Shown here piece after piece: positions 51,621 through 64,000 of a stretch of 64,000 nt of DNA. This DNA is from Mobula hypostoma. Lineage: Eukaryota. The stretch lies in assembly GCF_963921235.1 (NCBI RefSeq), contig NC_086097.1:198526001-198590000 (forward strand). The letters are read 5' to 3'. Below the pieces are notes generated by a model. That model had not been told where the DNA came from. It searched no databases and saw only the letters and a program-made list of their open reading frames with translations. The number at the start of each line of letters is the position of its first letter. Within the stretch, counting starts at the first letter, position 1. The position numbers were made by a program, and so were the translations under genes.

Positions 51621-52260
51621 TTCACTCAGTGCTGCTCTGTGGCGTACGCACACTGCTGTCCCGTGCTCACTCAGTGCTGCTCTGCGCCGCACGCACACTG
51701 CGGTCCCGCGCTCACTCAGTGCTGCTCTGCGCCGCACGCACACTGCGGTCCTGCGCTCACTCAGTGCTGCTCTGCGCCGCACGCACACTGCTGTCCCGCG
51801 CTCACTCAGTGCTGCTCTGCGCCGCACGCACACTGCGGTCCCGCGCTCACTCAGTGCTGCCCTGCGCCGCACGCACACTGCGGTCCCGCGCTCACTCAGT
51901 GCTGCGCTGCGCCGCACGCACACTGCGGTCCCGCGCTCACTCAGTGCTGCGCTGCGCCGCACGCACACTGCGGTCCCGCGCTCAATCAGTGCTGCTCTGC
52001 GCCGCACGCACACTGCGGTCCCGCGCTCACTCAGTGCTGCCCTGCGCCGCACGCACACTGCTGTCCCGCGCTCACTCAGTGCTGCTCTGCGCCGCACGCA
52101 CACTGCGGTCCCGCGCTCACTCAGTGCTGCTCTGCGCCGCACGCACACTGCGGTCCCGCGCTCACTCAGTGCTGCTCTGCGCCGCACGCACACTGCGGTC
52201 CCGCGCTCACTCAGTGCTGCTCTGCGCCGCACGCACACTGCGGTCCTGTGCTCACTCAGT
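51621..52260. repeat. 45-bp CpG-rich minisatellite, ~14 copies
   Basis: Unit ctcactcagtgctgctctgcgccgcacgcacactgcggtcccgcg. The ORF track shows 15-aa periodicity. Confidence 0.97.
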
Positions 52261-52378
52261 GGAAGAATAAGCTAGGCCTGAACAACATTCCGTGTACCAT
52301 TAATCTACAGGCCATGCTACTCAGGGACTTTGGCTATATTTTCTTGCGGTGACTATGATTTTCTGCTGTCGTAACCAT

Positions 52379-54552
52379 ATGTGCTATGTGTGCTGTGTGC
52401 TGTGTGCTGTGTGCTGCTGTGTGCTGTGTGCTATGTGTCCTGTGTGCTGTGTGTGCTGTGTGTGCTGTGTGCTGTGTGTCCTGTGTGCTGTGTGCTGTGT
52501 GTGCTGTGTGCTATGTGTCCTGTGTCCTGTGTGCTGTGTGCTGTGTGTGCTGTGTGCTGTGTGTGCTGTGTGCTGTGTGCTGTGTGCTGTGTGTGCTGTG
52601 TGTGCTGTGTGCTGTGTGCTGTGTGTGCTGTGTGCTGTGTGTGCTGTGTGCTATGTGTCCTGTGTGCTGTGTGCTGTGTGCTGTGTGTGCTGTGTGCTGT
52701 GTGTGCTGTGTGCTGTGTGTGCTGTGTGCTGTGTGCTGTGTGTGCTGTGTGCTGTGTGCTATGTGTGCTGTGTGCTATGTGTGCTGTGTGCTGTGTGTGC
52801 TGTGTGTGCTGTGTGCTGTGTGCTGTGTGTGCTGTGTGCTATGTGTCCTGTGTGCTGTGTGCTGTGTGCTGTGTGTGCTGTGTGCTGTGTGTGCTGTGTG
52901 CTGTGTGTGCTGTGTGCTGTGTGCTATGTGTCCTGTGTGCTGTGTGTGCTGTGTGCTATGTGCTGTGTGCTGTGTGTGCTGTGTGCTGTGTGTGCTGTGT
53001 GCTGTGTGCTATGTGTGCTGTGTGCTGTGTGTGCTGTGTGCTGTGTGTGCTGTGTGCTGTGTGCTATGTGTCCTGTGTGCTGTGTGTGTGTGTGCTGTGT
53101 GCTGTGTGCTGTGTGTGCTGTGTGCTGTGTGTGCTATGTGTGCTGTGTGCTGTGTGCTGTGTGCTGTGTGCTGTGTGTGCTATGTGCTGTGTGCTGTGTG
53201 TGCTGTGTGTGCTATGTGCTGTGTGCTGTGTGTGCTGTGTGTGCTGTGTGCTGTGTGCTATGTGTGCTGTGTGCTATGTGTGCTATGTGCTGTGTGCTAT
53301 GTGTCCTGTGTGCTGTGTGCTGTGTGTGCTGTGTGCTGTGTGCTGTGTGTGCTGTGTGTGCTGTGTGCTGTGTGCTGTGTGTGCTGTGTGCTATGTGTCC
53401 TGTGTGCTGTGTGCTGTGTGTGCTGTGTGCTGTGTGCTGTGTGTGCTGTGTGTGCTGTGTGCTGTGTGGTGTGTGCTGTGTGTGCTGTGTGCTATGTGTC
53501 CTGTGTGCTGTGTGCTGTGTGCTGTGTGCTGTGTGTGCTGTGTGCTGTGTGTGCTGTGTGCTGTGTGTGCTATGTGCTGTGTGCTGTGTGTGCTATGTGT
53601 GCTGTGTGCTGTGTGCTGTGTGTGCTGTGTGCTATGTGTCCTGTGTGCTGTGTGCTGTGTGCTGTGTGTGCTGTGTGCTGTGTGCTGTGTGTGCTGTGTG
53701 TGCTGTGTGCTGTGTGTGCTATGTGTGCTGTGTGCTGTGTGGGCTGTGTGCTGTGTGCTGTGTGTGCTATGTGCTGTGTGCTGTGTGTGCTGTGTGCTGT
53801 GTGCTGTGTGTGCTGTGTGCTGTGTGTGCTGTGTGCTATGTGTGCTGTGTGTGCTGTGTGCTGTGTGCTATGTGTGCTATGTGCTGTGTGCTGTGTGTGC
53901 TGTGTGCTGTGTGCTATGTGTGCTGTGTGCTGTGTGCTGTGTGTGCTGTGTGCTGTGTGTGCTGTGTGCTATGTGTGCTGTGTGCTGTGTGCTATGTGCT
54001 GTGTGCTATGTGTGCTATGTGCTGTGTGCTATGTGCTGTGTGCTGTGTGTGCTGTGTGTGTTGTGTGCTGTGTGCTATGTGTGCTGTGTGTGCTGTGTGC
54101 TGTGTGCTATGTGCTGTGTGCTGTGTGTGCTGTGTGCTATGTGCTGTGTGCTGTGTGTGCTGTGTGCTATGTGCTGTGTGCTGTGTGTGCTGTGTGCTGT
54201 GTGTGCTGTGTGCTGTGTGTGCTGTGTGCTGTGTGCTATGTGCTGTGTGCTGTGTGCTGTGTGCTATGTGCTGTGTGCTGTGTGTGCTGTGTGTGCTGTG
54301 TGCTGTGTGCTGTGTGCTATGTGCTGTGTGCTGTGTGCTGTGTGCTGTGTGCTGTGTGCTGTGTGTGCTGTGTGTGCTGTGTGCTGTGTGCTGTGTGCTG
54401 TGTGCTATGTGCTGTGTGCTATGTGCTGTGTGCTGTGTGCTGTGTGTGCTGTGTGCTGTGTGTGCTATGTGTGCTGTGTGTGCTGTGTGCTGTGTGTGCT
54501 GTGTGCTGTGTGCTGTGTGCTGTGTGCTGTGTGCTGCTGGCACTGTGCTGTG
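52379..54552. repeat. ~2.2-kb compound satellite of 7/9-bp TGTG(TG)TGC units with TAT and TCC variants
   Basis: Directly visible. Embedded in a LINE-type 3' UTR ending in (AACTTG)n at ~54635. Confidence 0.97.
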
Positions 54553-55059
54553 CACTTTGGCTCTGGAGGAATGCTGTTTCATTTGGCTAAATTCTTATAT
54601 GGTTGAATGATAATTAAACTTCAACTTGAACTTGATATCCCTGTAACCAATATTAGCTAGGTACAGAACCTGGACTATTACTTGGAATTGTGAGAAATAT
54701 ATTAAAAATCAATAAGTACCCCATGGCCAGTCACTCAGTTCTCCAAAAACATATTTTCCTGAGAACCACATCTCTGACCACAATCCACAAAATGTAATGA
54801 TGTTAAGTTCAATGCAGTAAAATGTCTTTTTAACAGGGTTAAAGGAATGGTGTGGCTCAGAAATTACTACCAATAATGACAGAATATAAAGTATTTAATA
54901 TTCTTTCAAAAACTGAACATGAATGGCCAATACTTTAATATTTATCCAATAATAACATTAATTCTGAATTTTGAAATTTTTATCACCTCAAAATTATCAC
55001 GATATAATGCCTGTGAAAACATTAGGTTAAATTTGTTCTAATTACAGTCTGCATGATCA

Positions 55060-55315
55060 TCTAATTTGGGTGATGCAAGTGGCCACTCTGTTCCCAGCAC
55101 TGGTGAGGAGATGGTCCTTCTTGACAATATGATAAGCCTCCAATCTGGTAACCATTCCAGAATTCAGACATCTTGTCTCAGCTCACTTCCCACTGAAATC
55201 TTCATCCACACATTTGTTACCTCTGAACTTGACTATAGCAGTTGTTCTAATTGCTACATTTTACCGTCAATGATCTCTCAAGTTCAAGGTGAAGGTGAAG
55301 GTGAAGCGGGGGGGG

Positions 55316-55359
<44 letters not shown>

Positions 55360-56640
55360 AAGGCATAGCTTCAGAATAGAAGTATTTCCATTTAGAACAG
55401 AGATTATGAGGAATTTATTTAGCTAGAGGGAGCTGAATCTGTGGAATTCATTACCACAGACAGCTGTGGAAGCCAGGCTATATTTAAAGAGGATCTTGAT
55501 GGTAAAGACGTGGAAGGTTACAGGGAGAAGGCAGGAAAATGGGATTTGAGAGGGAAAATAATTTTGTTACGATTGAATGGTAGAGCAGCCTTGACAGACT
55601 GAATGGTCTAATTCTGCTCCTCTGTCTTATGGCCTTATAGCCTTTTGCACATCTCTAATTTGAAATGCTCCACGTCATCAGTGGCCGAGGCTTCAGTAGC
55701 TGCTTATGCCCTGGGTTTTGAAAATTCACTCCATAAAACTCTCAACTCCTACTTCTTCACTTTAAGACAATTTGTTGAAGAATCATTGGGACATCTGGTT
55801 GCGTTGTGCCACAACAACAAGATCACTTTCAATGTCCGCTATACCGAAGAGCTGATTATCAACTACAGGATAAAGAAACCGTAGGTTCATGAACCAGTCC
55901 TTATTAGGTGTGAAGAGAGTCAGTAGATTTAAATTCCTTGGCATTAACATATCAAAGGATCTGTTCTGGAACCAGTACATAAGTGGCATCACTAAGAAGT
56001 TTGCATAGATTTGGCATGTCACCAAAATTTTATCAAACGTCTCTTTTTGCACAGTGGAAAGTATCCTAACTGGTTGCATTATAGCCTGGTATGGAAATAC
56101 CAATGCCCAGGAATGGAAAAGACTACACAAAGTTATGGATACAGCCCATGCCATTATAGACAAAGTCTTCCTCACCATTGGGTACATTTACATGGAGCAC
56201 TGCCACGAGAAAGCAGCATCCACCCCATCAAAGACCCCCAACATCCAGGCTACGTCCACTTCTTGCTGCTACCATTAGGCAGGAGGTATAAAAGCTTTAG
56301 GTCCAACATCACCGGGTTCAGGAATAGGTATTACCCTACAACCGTCAGGCTCCTGCACCAGCAAGGATAACTTCATTCACCACTTCTCTGAACAGATTCT
56401 AGGAATTATAAACTCACTTTCAAGGAATTTTTATGACTCATGTTCTCAGTCTTATTTTTATTTGCACAGCTTGTTTTCTTTTGCACCTTGGTTGTTTGTC
56501 TGTCTATGGATAGTTTTTTTGTAAAATTCTGCTGTATTTCTTTTTTACCTGTAAATGCCTGCAAGAAAATGAATTTCAAGGTTGTATATGGTGACATACA
56601 TGTACTTGGGTAATAAATTTACTTTGAACATGGAACTGAA
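55060..56640 (+). mobile_element. Old L2-like remnants, a CR1 3' piece after (GA)n, and a Rex1-type fragment
   Basis: EIFIHTFVTSELDYS (L2-like), (GA)n at 55319-55352, ESILTGCIIAWYGN (Rex). Confidence 0.7.
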
Positions 56641-57499
56641 TTAATCCCCATCTCTTTATTTACCCTCAGAATGTGGGAAATAGCTCCTATCATTTCTCAT
56701 CGTTGGATTTTGTTTGATAATATATTCCTGTGGGTTGCTTTCAAGAAGTTATGATATTAAAGTCACGGCATGAATCCAAGCAATAGTGGTTATTGATGGG
56801 AGCAATGTAAATGTGTATGTATTTTCAATCGTTATCTACCTCATGCAGTGCTAAAAGTCAGTTTCCTATCCTATCGAGAACCATGCAGATGCCAGCTCAA
56901 TTCTAGTCATGTCCACATTGTTCAAGAAATTTGGGAGGAAGAAGTATATTTAATAATTCAAGCAAAATTGATGTTTATTTCGGTGTACATTAAGGCAAAG
57001 GAATAAAACTTATTTAGGACCAAGTGACAACATGTGCATGGAGTCCAGTGAGGTTGAGTGAATACTTTTCATCTGCATTACTACAGAGAAAGACACTGTA
57101 TTGGGAGAATCCACAAAGGGAAATACTTGAATTATAAAAGAAAACGATGGAGTACTGAATGTCTTAGAAACTGTAAAAGCCATCTGCATGTTGAGAAACG
57201 TGACTTGTCAATGTAATACTGTACACTTTGATGCCATTTATTACAATACTGTGGAGGTGTGTTTACCATATGGAGTGATTTTTGTGCATCTTCTGACTTA
57301 TGGACAAGATAAACTTATGAAACATCAATAAAATTGAAAGCCATTGTTACAACAGGGTGTTATTGCCTGTAATTGCCGAGGGCTTGATGAGATGCATCCC
57401 CTTCTGTGTAGGAGGCAAGGGAGGAAGTTGTAAAAAGTAAAGTGTAAACGTGTCTGTTGACAGGACAGTGAATGTAATATATTAATTCAAGAAGACCAC

Positions 57500-59922
57500 A
57501 AGACATCCCTCTACTCTGAGGTTGTGACCTCCCCCACTATAGGAAACATCCTCTCTGCATCTACTCTACCTATTCCTTTAACTTTCAAGAAACTACAATG
57601 AGATCCCCCCTTATTCTTCTTCCAGTTAGTACAGGCCCAGAGCCATCAAACACTCCTAATACAATAACCTTTTCATTCCTGGAATCATTTTTATGAACCT
57701 CCTCTGTACCCTCTCCTATGTCTGCACATCCTTTTTAAAATAAGGACCCCCAAACTGCTCACAATACTCCAAATGAGGCCTCACCAGTGTCTTATAAAGC
57801 CTTAGCTGTGATGAGAAACCTAGGTGAGGATGGTTAGGACACAAGTGCTGGAGTATCTGGATACAAGATTGAAATGAAGACAGAGTTCATAACTCAATGC
57901 TAGGGGAGAATCCAAAGTTGAGCTGATGATTGAGCACCGAACTTCAGTTCAAGTGCTCCTTAAATATTAAAATCTGGGTACCAAAACATGGGGGCCAATT
58001 AGCGGGATGGGCCCGAATCTTTAAAGGGGCCACAGCAACCCTCACCACTCTGGAGAGTTAGAGCATCTGAACCCCAGAGGCTGGCGCAGTCAGATGTGTA
58101 CCATTACACTTAGCATTACACCCCTGCTTTCTAGTCCTCTCGAAATAACTGTTAACATTCCATTGGTTTCCTCACCAATGACACAACCTGCAAATTAACC
58201 TTGAGGGAACCTTACATGAGAACTCCCAAGTCCCTTTGCACCTCGTATTTTTGAATTTCTTCCCATTTAAAAAATAGTCTACACTTTTATCCCTTCTACC
58301 AAAGTGCTTGACCATATACTTCCCGACACTGTATTCCATCTGCCACTTCTTCGTCCATTCTCCAAATTTGTCTCAGTTCTTCTGCCACCTATCTTTGTAT
58401 CATCTGCAAAACCATCAATTCTGCCATTCAAATCATTGACATATAACACAAAAAGAAGCGGTCCCAACACCAACCCCTGCAGAACACCACTAGTCACCAG
58501 CATCCATCAGAAAAGGCTCTCTTTACTCCCATTATTTGCCTGCTTTCCAATCAACTAATGCTCTATCCATGCTAGTATCTTTCCCGTAATACCATGGGCT
58601 CTTATCTTGATAAGCAACCTCATGTGCAGCAGCTTGCCAATGGCCTTCTGACATCCAAGTACACAACATCCACCAACTCTCCTGTGTCTATCCTGCTTAG
58701 TTCCACAAAGAATTACAAAGAATTTGTCAGGCATGATATTCCCTTTAGGAAACCATGCTCATTTTGGCCTAGTTTATTATGTGCCTCCAAGTACCCTGAG
58801 ACCTCATCCTTAATAATGGACTCTAACATCTTCTCAGCCACTGAGGTCAGATTAACTGGCCTATAATTTCCTTTCTTCTGTCTCTCTCCCTCTTGAAGAG
58901 TGGAGTGACATTTGCAATTACCAGTATTCCAGAACCATGCCAGATCTAGTGATTCTTGGAAGATCATTACTAATGCCTCTACAATCTCTTCAGCTACCCC
59001 TTTCAGAACCCTGTGGTGTAGTCCATCTGATCCAAGTAATTTATCCACCTTCAGACTTTTCAGCTTCCCAAGCACCTTCTCCCTCGTAACAGCAACTGCA
59101 CTCATTTCTGCCCCCTGACACTCTCAAACGCTTGGCATACTGCTAGTGCCTTCCAGTCATGATTGATGCAAAAACATATTTAGTTTGTCAGGCATCCCCT
59201 TGTTCCCCATTTCTACATTACCAGTGTCATTTCCAGCAGTCTGATATCTATTCTCGCCTCTCTTTTACGCTTTATATATCTGAAAAAAACTTGCATTATC
59301 TTCTTTGATATTATTGGCTAGCATGCCTTCATATTTCATCTTCCACCCGCCCCACCCCCACCCCTTATGGCTTTTTAGTTGCCTTCTGATGGTTTTTAAA
59401 AGCTTCCCAATCCTCTAACTTCCCACTAATTTTTACTCTAATATATACCTCTATTTTGCTTTTATGTTGACTTCCCTTGTCAGCCACAGTTGCGTCATTC
59501 TGCTTTTAGAATACTTCTTCTAAGGGATGTAACTTTCCTGCACCTTCCGAATTGTCCCCAGAAGCTCCAGCCATTGTTAATTTGCTGTCATCCCTGCTCG
59601 TGTCCCCTTCCAATCAACTTTGGACAGCTCCTCTCTCATGCCTCTGTAACTCCTTTTACTTCACTGTAGTACTGATACATATGGTTTTAGCTTCTCCCTC
59701 TCAAATTGCACGGTGAATTCTATCATATTATGATCACTGCCTCCTAATGGTTCCTGTACCTTATGCTCCCTTATGAAATCTTTTTCATTACCCAGCACTC
59801 AATCTAGAATAGCCTTTTCCCTAGTGGGCTCAACCACAAGCTGCTCTAAAAAGCCATCTCATAGGTATTTCACAAATACTCTTTCTTAAGGAACTAGCAC
59901 CAACCTGATTTTCCCAATCTAC
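57500..59922 (-). mobile_element. Degraded CR1 ORF2
   Basis: GVLQGLVLGPLLF, FADDTK, GNYRPVNLTS. Confidence 0.9.
57807..58108. mobile_element. Solo LTR (302 bp) with 6-bp TSD inside CR1
   Basis: TGTGATG...CATTACA termini. cttagc at 57801-57806 and 58109-58114. The CR1 reads continuously when it is removed. Confidence 0.85.
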
Positions 59923-59939
59923 AATGACATCCTTCCTGT

Positions 59940-60360
59940 AGTTCTGGTTTCCAAACTATAGGAAGGATGTTCTTACACTGGGGAGGATGCAGAGGAAATT
60001 AAGGCTGGATTTGGCTGGGTCTGTTTCCTTGGAGAGGAAATGATTGATTGGTGACCTCTCTTAAAGTATATGAAATGATAAAGGCTAAGTCAGAATAGAA
60101 ATATTTTCCCTATAGCAGGGGACATGGTTTCAAAGTTGGAGACTTTGAAGGGATTGAAGGACAATATTTTTTCAGCCTGAGAGTGATTGAAATCTGTAAC
60201 ACTATCTGAGGGGTGGTGAGGAAGGCAAGAGCTCTCACAACATTTAAATAACATATAGATAACCACTTGAAGCACCATGGCATAGAAGGCAAAGGGCTGG
60301 GTGCTGGGAAATAAGATTCATATAGATGATCGGCCTCTTTCATGCTGTATGATTCTGTCA
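59940..60360 (+). mobile_element. Degraded CR1 3' fragment
   Basis: FWFPNYRKDVLTLGRMQRK remnant and a CR1 3' UTR. Confidence 0.7.
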
Positions 60361-61339
60361 GTGTAAGATCCTGCGACTTTTGGATTCCAAGCTATGTGTA
60401 CTTTGTCCTATGCATATTAGTGAAAGTCCACTTTATTTACTTGAAGCATAATATTTGAAATGCTGCTTAGGATTCTGGTTTAGTAGTACACTGATTTCAG
60501 CTGACCCAAGTAATTATCAAATTCCTATCTTAGGAGGTTCCACCTCCGACTCTACTCATTTTGCAAGCAGCAAGCTCAGTTTTATCATTTGTCAAGAATG
60601 TCAAAAATGCAGCATCTCTAGTCTCTTGTGAGCAGCTGGTTACAATTTCACCATTTGTGAAATTTTTAGCATAACTCAGTTTTCTAGTCAGTTACACTGA
60701 TCCCTTGGTAGTATCAGCATGGATTTTCATGAATCTTAAATAAAAATGTTTAAAATGCATGGCATGCGCAAAAGATCAATAGTCAGAGCTATTTTAGAAC
60801 TGTTTCAGTTGATGATCTCCCTGCGGGGGAGAGATGGTGAATAAATGCAGGCTATTATTGGAAAGAAGAAAGCTCCAAAGCGGACTGTCCTAGTGAAGAT
60901 CAGAATTAAACTCTCTTCCTGTAGTAGGCTCAGTAATTTTCTACTGGGCAGATACACAGTATCTTAGACAACTGTTATCCATCAAGTAAGTGTGCCTTTT
61001 TTATTAAAAGAATGAAGAAAGCTTGGCCTACAACTAATCATAGAATAGAGAGAGAGGGGGAGAAAGGTGGGGGTGAGGGGGGGGAAACGGAGAGGGGGAG
61101 AGAGAGAGAATACACATAAACAGAGACAGACATTTATATTAAAGATTCAACGTATATTTATTATCAAAAAATATGTAAATTATACAACCTTGAGAATCTT
61201 TTTCCTCACAGGTAGCCACAAAGGAAGAAACCTGAAAGAACCTAATTAAAGAAAAAAAAGAATTTGAAAAATAAAAGACCAATACCCAATACATAAGAAA
61301 AAGAAAAAATAACACAAATCATGGAAACAATTGAAGTGA

Positions 61340-62414
61340 ATTCTACATTAATCCCATTTTTTATTCTCCCCACATTCTTATCAACGCTCCCCAGAACCTA
61401 CTATTCACTGACAGACTAGGAGCAATGTACAGTGACCAAATAACCCAACTTGCACGTCTATGGGATGTGAGAGGTAACCAGAATACCTAGAGCAAATCAG
61501 GGAGACAAGAGAAAACCTGCAGATGCTGCAGGAGGGAGGAGAAGATGGCGATGCAGCCGTTCCGAATGATATCGTATATGTGAAGTAGGATGCCGTGCAC
61601 AATCTTGATTTGATAGAGACAGACGTGAAGAAGCACGGAGGAACATCTGGAGAAACCTCTGAAATTCCTGCTTCGCTGCCGCTGCTACTGTGTGATCGAG
61701 AATCTCCGGAGGGAAGGCCCCAAATCCTCGGCCTTGCCTATTGCCTGTTGCCAGGGCCAGGGTCGAAGCGCTCGGCAGAGATGGTGCTCGGTGCATTGGT
61801 GTCGGAGAGCTGGTCGGAGGCTCGGAGTTTTCAGATGGACTCGGAGTCAGACTGTGGTCGGATGCTTCCGGGATGCTGCATCGATAAGTTTGCGGTGCTG
61901 GAGGTTTACCGTCTGCATGAGATGATGGGACTTTCGAGAGACTTTGAGACTTTGCCGTGCCATGGTCTGTTCTTATCAAATTACGGTATTGCTTTGTACT
62001 GTTGTAACTATATGTTATAATCATGTGGTTTTTGTCAGTTTTTTTTTAGTCTTGGTTTGTCATGTGTTTCTGTGACATCATTCTGGAAAAACATTGTATC
62101 ATTTCTTAATGCATGCATTACTAAATGACAATAAAAGAGGACTGCGTGTCCTCATAATCTAATCTAATCCGAGTAACACATACACACAGAACTGGAGGAA
62201 AAAATCTGAGGAGTAGATTTGAAATCTCCAGTCCCACCGAAGAGTTTCAGCCCGAAACGTTCATTGTGTTTTTTTTCCATAGATGCTGCCTGGCCTGCTG
62301 AATTCCTCCAGCATTTTGTGTGTGTTCACAGGGAGAATGCGCTAACTTCATACAAGGTCAGAATTAAAGCCAGGTGGCTGGAACTGTGAGACAGTGAACC
62401 TGCCACTGTGCCGT
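61340..62414 (-). mobile_element. V-domain SINE split by an old Penelope inverted pLTR pair (61506-62328)
   Basis: SINE halves at 61340-61505 and 62329-62414. cagggaga at 61498-61505 and 62329-62336. Dead hammerhead at ~62230-62261. Confidence 0.65.
61531..62169 (+). mobile_element. Non-coding ~640-bp retroposon with (TAATC)n tail
   Basis: Starts ggagggaggagaagatggcg, CpG-retaining body, aataaa and tandem tail. Splits the Penelope pLTR. Confidence 0.65.
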
Positions 62415-62640
62415 TCACGTGTGTTTTGAAAAGGTGGAAGTGGGAGAACAGGAAGTTGGTGTGGATTGCTTCTTGTTGTGCTCCAAAAATTCTGCTAGCA
62501 AATGTATCAACACGTGGCCGTATGTACGGGTGAGGTGTCACAGTGTCCCTTTTGGCAACTCACCAGCATGGTCATGAATTTATAGATATTTCAGCCGCCT
62601 GAGCTAACAGCAATATTTTAAACAGCAGCATTTCTTTAAG

Positions 62641-63150
62641 CTTAATTCCAATTCCCATTCCCATTCCGACATATCGGTCCATGGCTTCCTCTTGTGTCAC
62701 AATGAGGCCATCTCAGGCTGGAGGAGCAGCACCTTATGTTCCTTCTGGGTAGCCTCCAACCTGATGGCATGAATAATCGATTTCTCCTTATGGTAAAGAA
62801 AATTCCTCCCCCTCTCCTCTTCTTCTAATCCCCACTCTAGTCTCTTAGCTCTTCTCACTTGCCCATTATCTCCCCAAGGTCCCCTCCTCCTTCCCTTTCT
62901 TCCATGGTCCACTTTCCTCTCTTATCAGATTCCTTTCCTACCCACCTGGCTTCACCTATTCACCTTGTAGCTATCCTCCCCCAACCTTTTTATTCCGGCA
63001 TTTCCCCCCTTCCTTTACAGTCCTGAAGAATGATCTCGGCTCAAAACATTGACTGCTCATTTCCATGGATACTGCCTGACTTACTGAGTTTCTCCAGCAT
63101 TTTGTGTGTGTTGCTTTGGATTTCAAGCAGCTGCAGAATTTCTTTTGTTT
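62641..63150 (+). mobile_element. Penelope-like element 3' end: GIY-YIG endonuclease C-terminus plus pLTR
   Basis: LNSNSHSHSDISVHG and LRLEEQHLMFLLGSLQPDGMN (62712-62774), then a pyrimidine tract and degenerate hammerhead agtc-CTGAAGA...AAAA-catt-gact (63019-63054). Confidence 0.85.
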
Positions 63151-64000
63151 AAGCTGTGGGCCAACTTAATCTAATTTATTAAATTATCATATATTGTGGA
63201 CTAATCATTAACATCCTTGTGTACTTCCTCTCCATTCCCAGACAAGATCAATTATTCAATTTAAAGTTTAAGTAGGGTTCCAAAGTAGGCCAGAAACTTT
63301 TCGTTAACCTCCACAATGTCACATTTCCAAGTAGCTTTCCTTCTCTTGAAATTTATCTACCTGGTTAAAAAATATACCTACTCCAAGACTTCCCTAATTT
63401 GAGAGGATATGGTGAGTTATGCCATTAACATCTCCTTCAGATTTACTTGAAATGAAGGCCACCAATGCCCTCAGAGGGAAAGAAAAGTGCCATCAGATAC
63501 TGTAGCTCTACAATCATGGAGGATCAATGACGTCAAGTAAAGGTCCTCGACTTGTATAAAGCCTTTCCTTCCCATTAAGCAGATTAAAATTTCATGATTA
63601 CCAAACTAAATGAGTCACACGCAGTTACAGCAAAAACAGTGCATTTTGCAGCTGTGTTATAAATACTACTTAATAATGGGGAGGTCAAGTATGGCAAGTC
63701 TTTTTATCTATCTGATTTTCCTAATAATTAAACTGCCATGCCTAAATTATCAAGCTCTTTGGATAATCTACTGTCTAAACAGTGGCAAAGAACATGTGAC
63801 TATTCTTGTAACCAAAACCTATAATTTCATTTTACACCCCCTGCTAATTCATACGTAAAACTCCATGTGAGAAACGACCTTCTCTGTCTGAAGGTTAAGT
63901 TTATATTTGGTTACTCAACTTAGTGCTTCCAAACTTATTTTTTAAGTTTATCTATAGCAACATCTTTCATTGGGTCATCAACTCCATAGCTGCTTCACAG

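Noticed and set aside
51470..52352. 230-270-aa repetitive ORFs, and a CRISPR-like reading of the array
   Set aside because: The 45-bp tandem unit has no stops and no unique spacers. There are no cas genes and the context is eukaryotic.
52349..54610. Three 730-750-aa Cys/Val-rich ORFs
   Set aside because: They are by-products of a nearly A-free satellite that is open in all three frames, not protein genes.
43883..54866. Further minus-strand open frames with possible splice sites (~43.9-44.05, 51.1-51.27 and 54.72-54.87 kb)
   Set aside because: Donors or acceptors are weak, and frames of ~50 codons are expected by chance at this base composition.

Overview
This is repeat-dense vertebrate nuclear DNA, most likely from a cartilaginous fish such as a ray (inferred only from the repeat landscape). 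There is no intact autonomous element and no host gene I can name. Most of the window is decayed retroelements: many CR1/L3 LINEs, Rex1/Babar-type LINEs, two L1-type 3' fragments, three Ty3/Gypsy relics, two probable solo LTRs, a truncated IR/DR Tc1 transposon and V-domain (HE1-like) SINEs. It also holds a 45-bp CpG-rich minisatellite and a ~2.2-kb (TGTGTGC)-type satellite. The most striking signal is a young family of short (160-290 bp) Penelope-derived insertions. Each carries a minimal hammerhead ribozyme and is flanked by a perfect 12-14-bp target-site duplication (TSD). One is a double-ribozyme inverted pair that appears to have landed in the TSD of an older relative. Other highlights are a perfect 43-bp-arm palindrome in unique DNA, an L1 with a twin-priming 5' inversion, an L1 flanked by a 114-bp duplication, and two weakly supported minus-strand exon candidates. 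Boundaries of degraded repeats are approximate.
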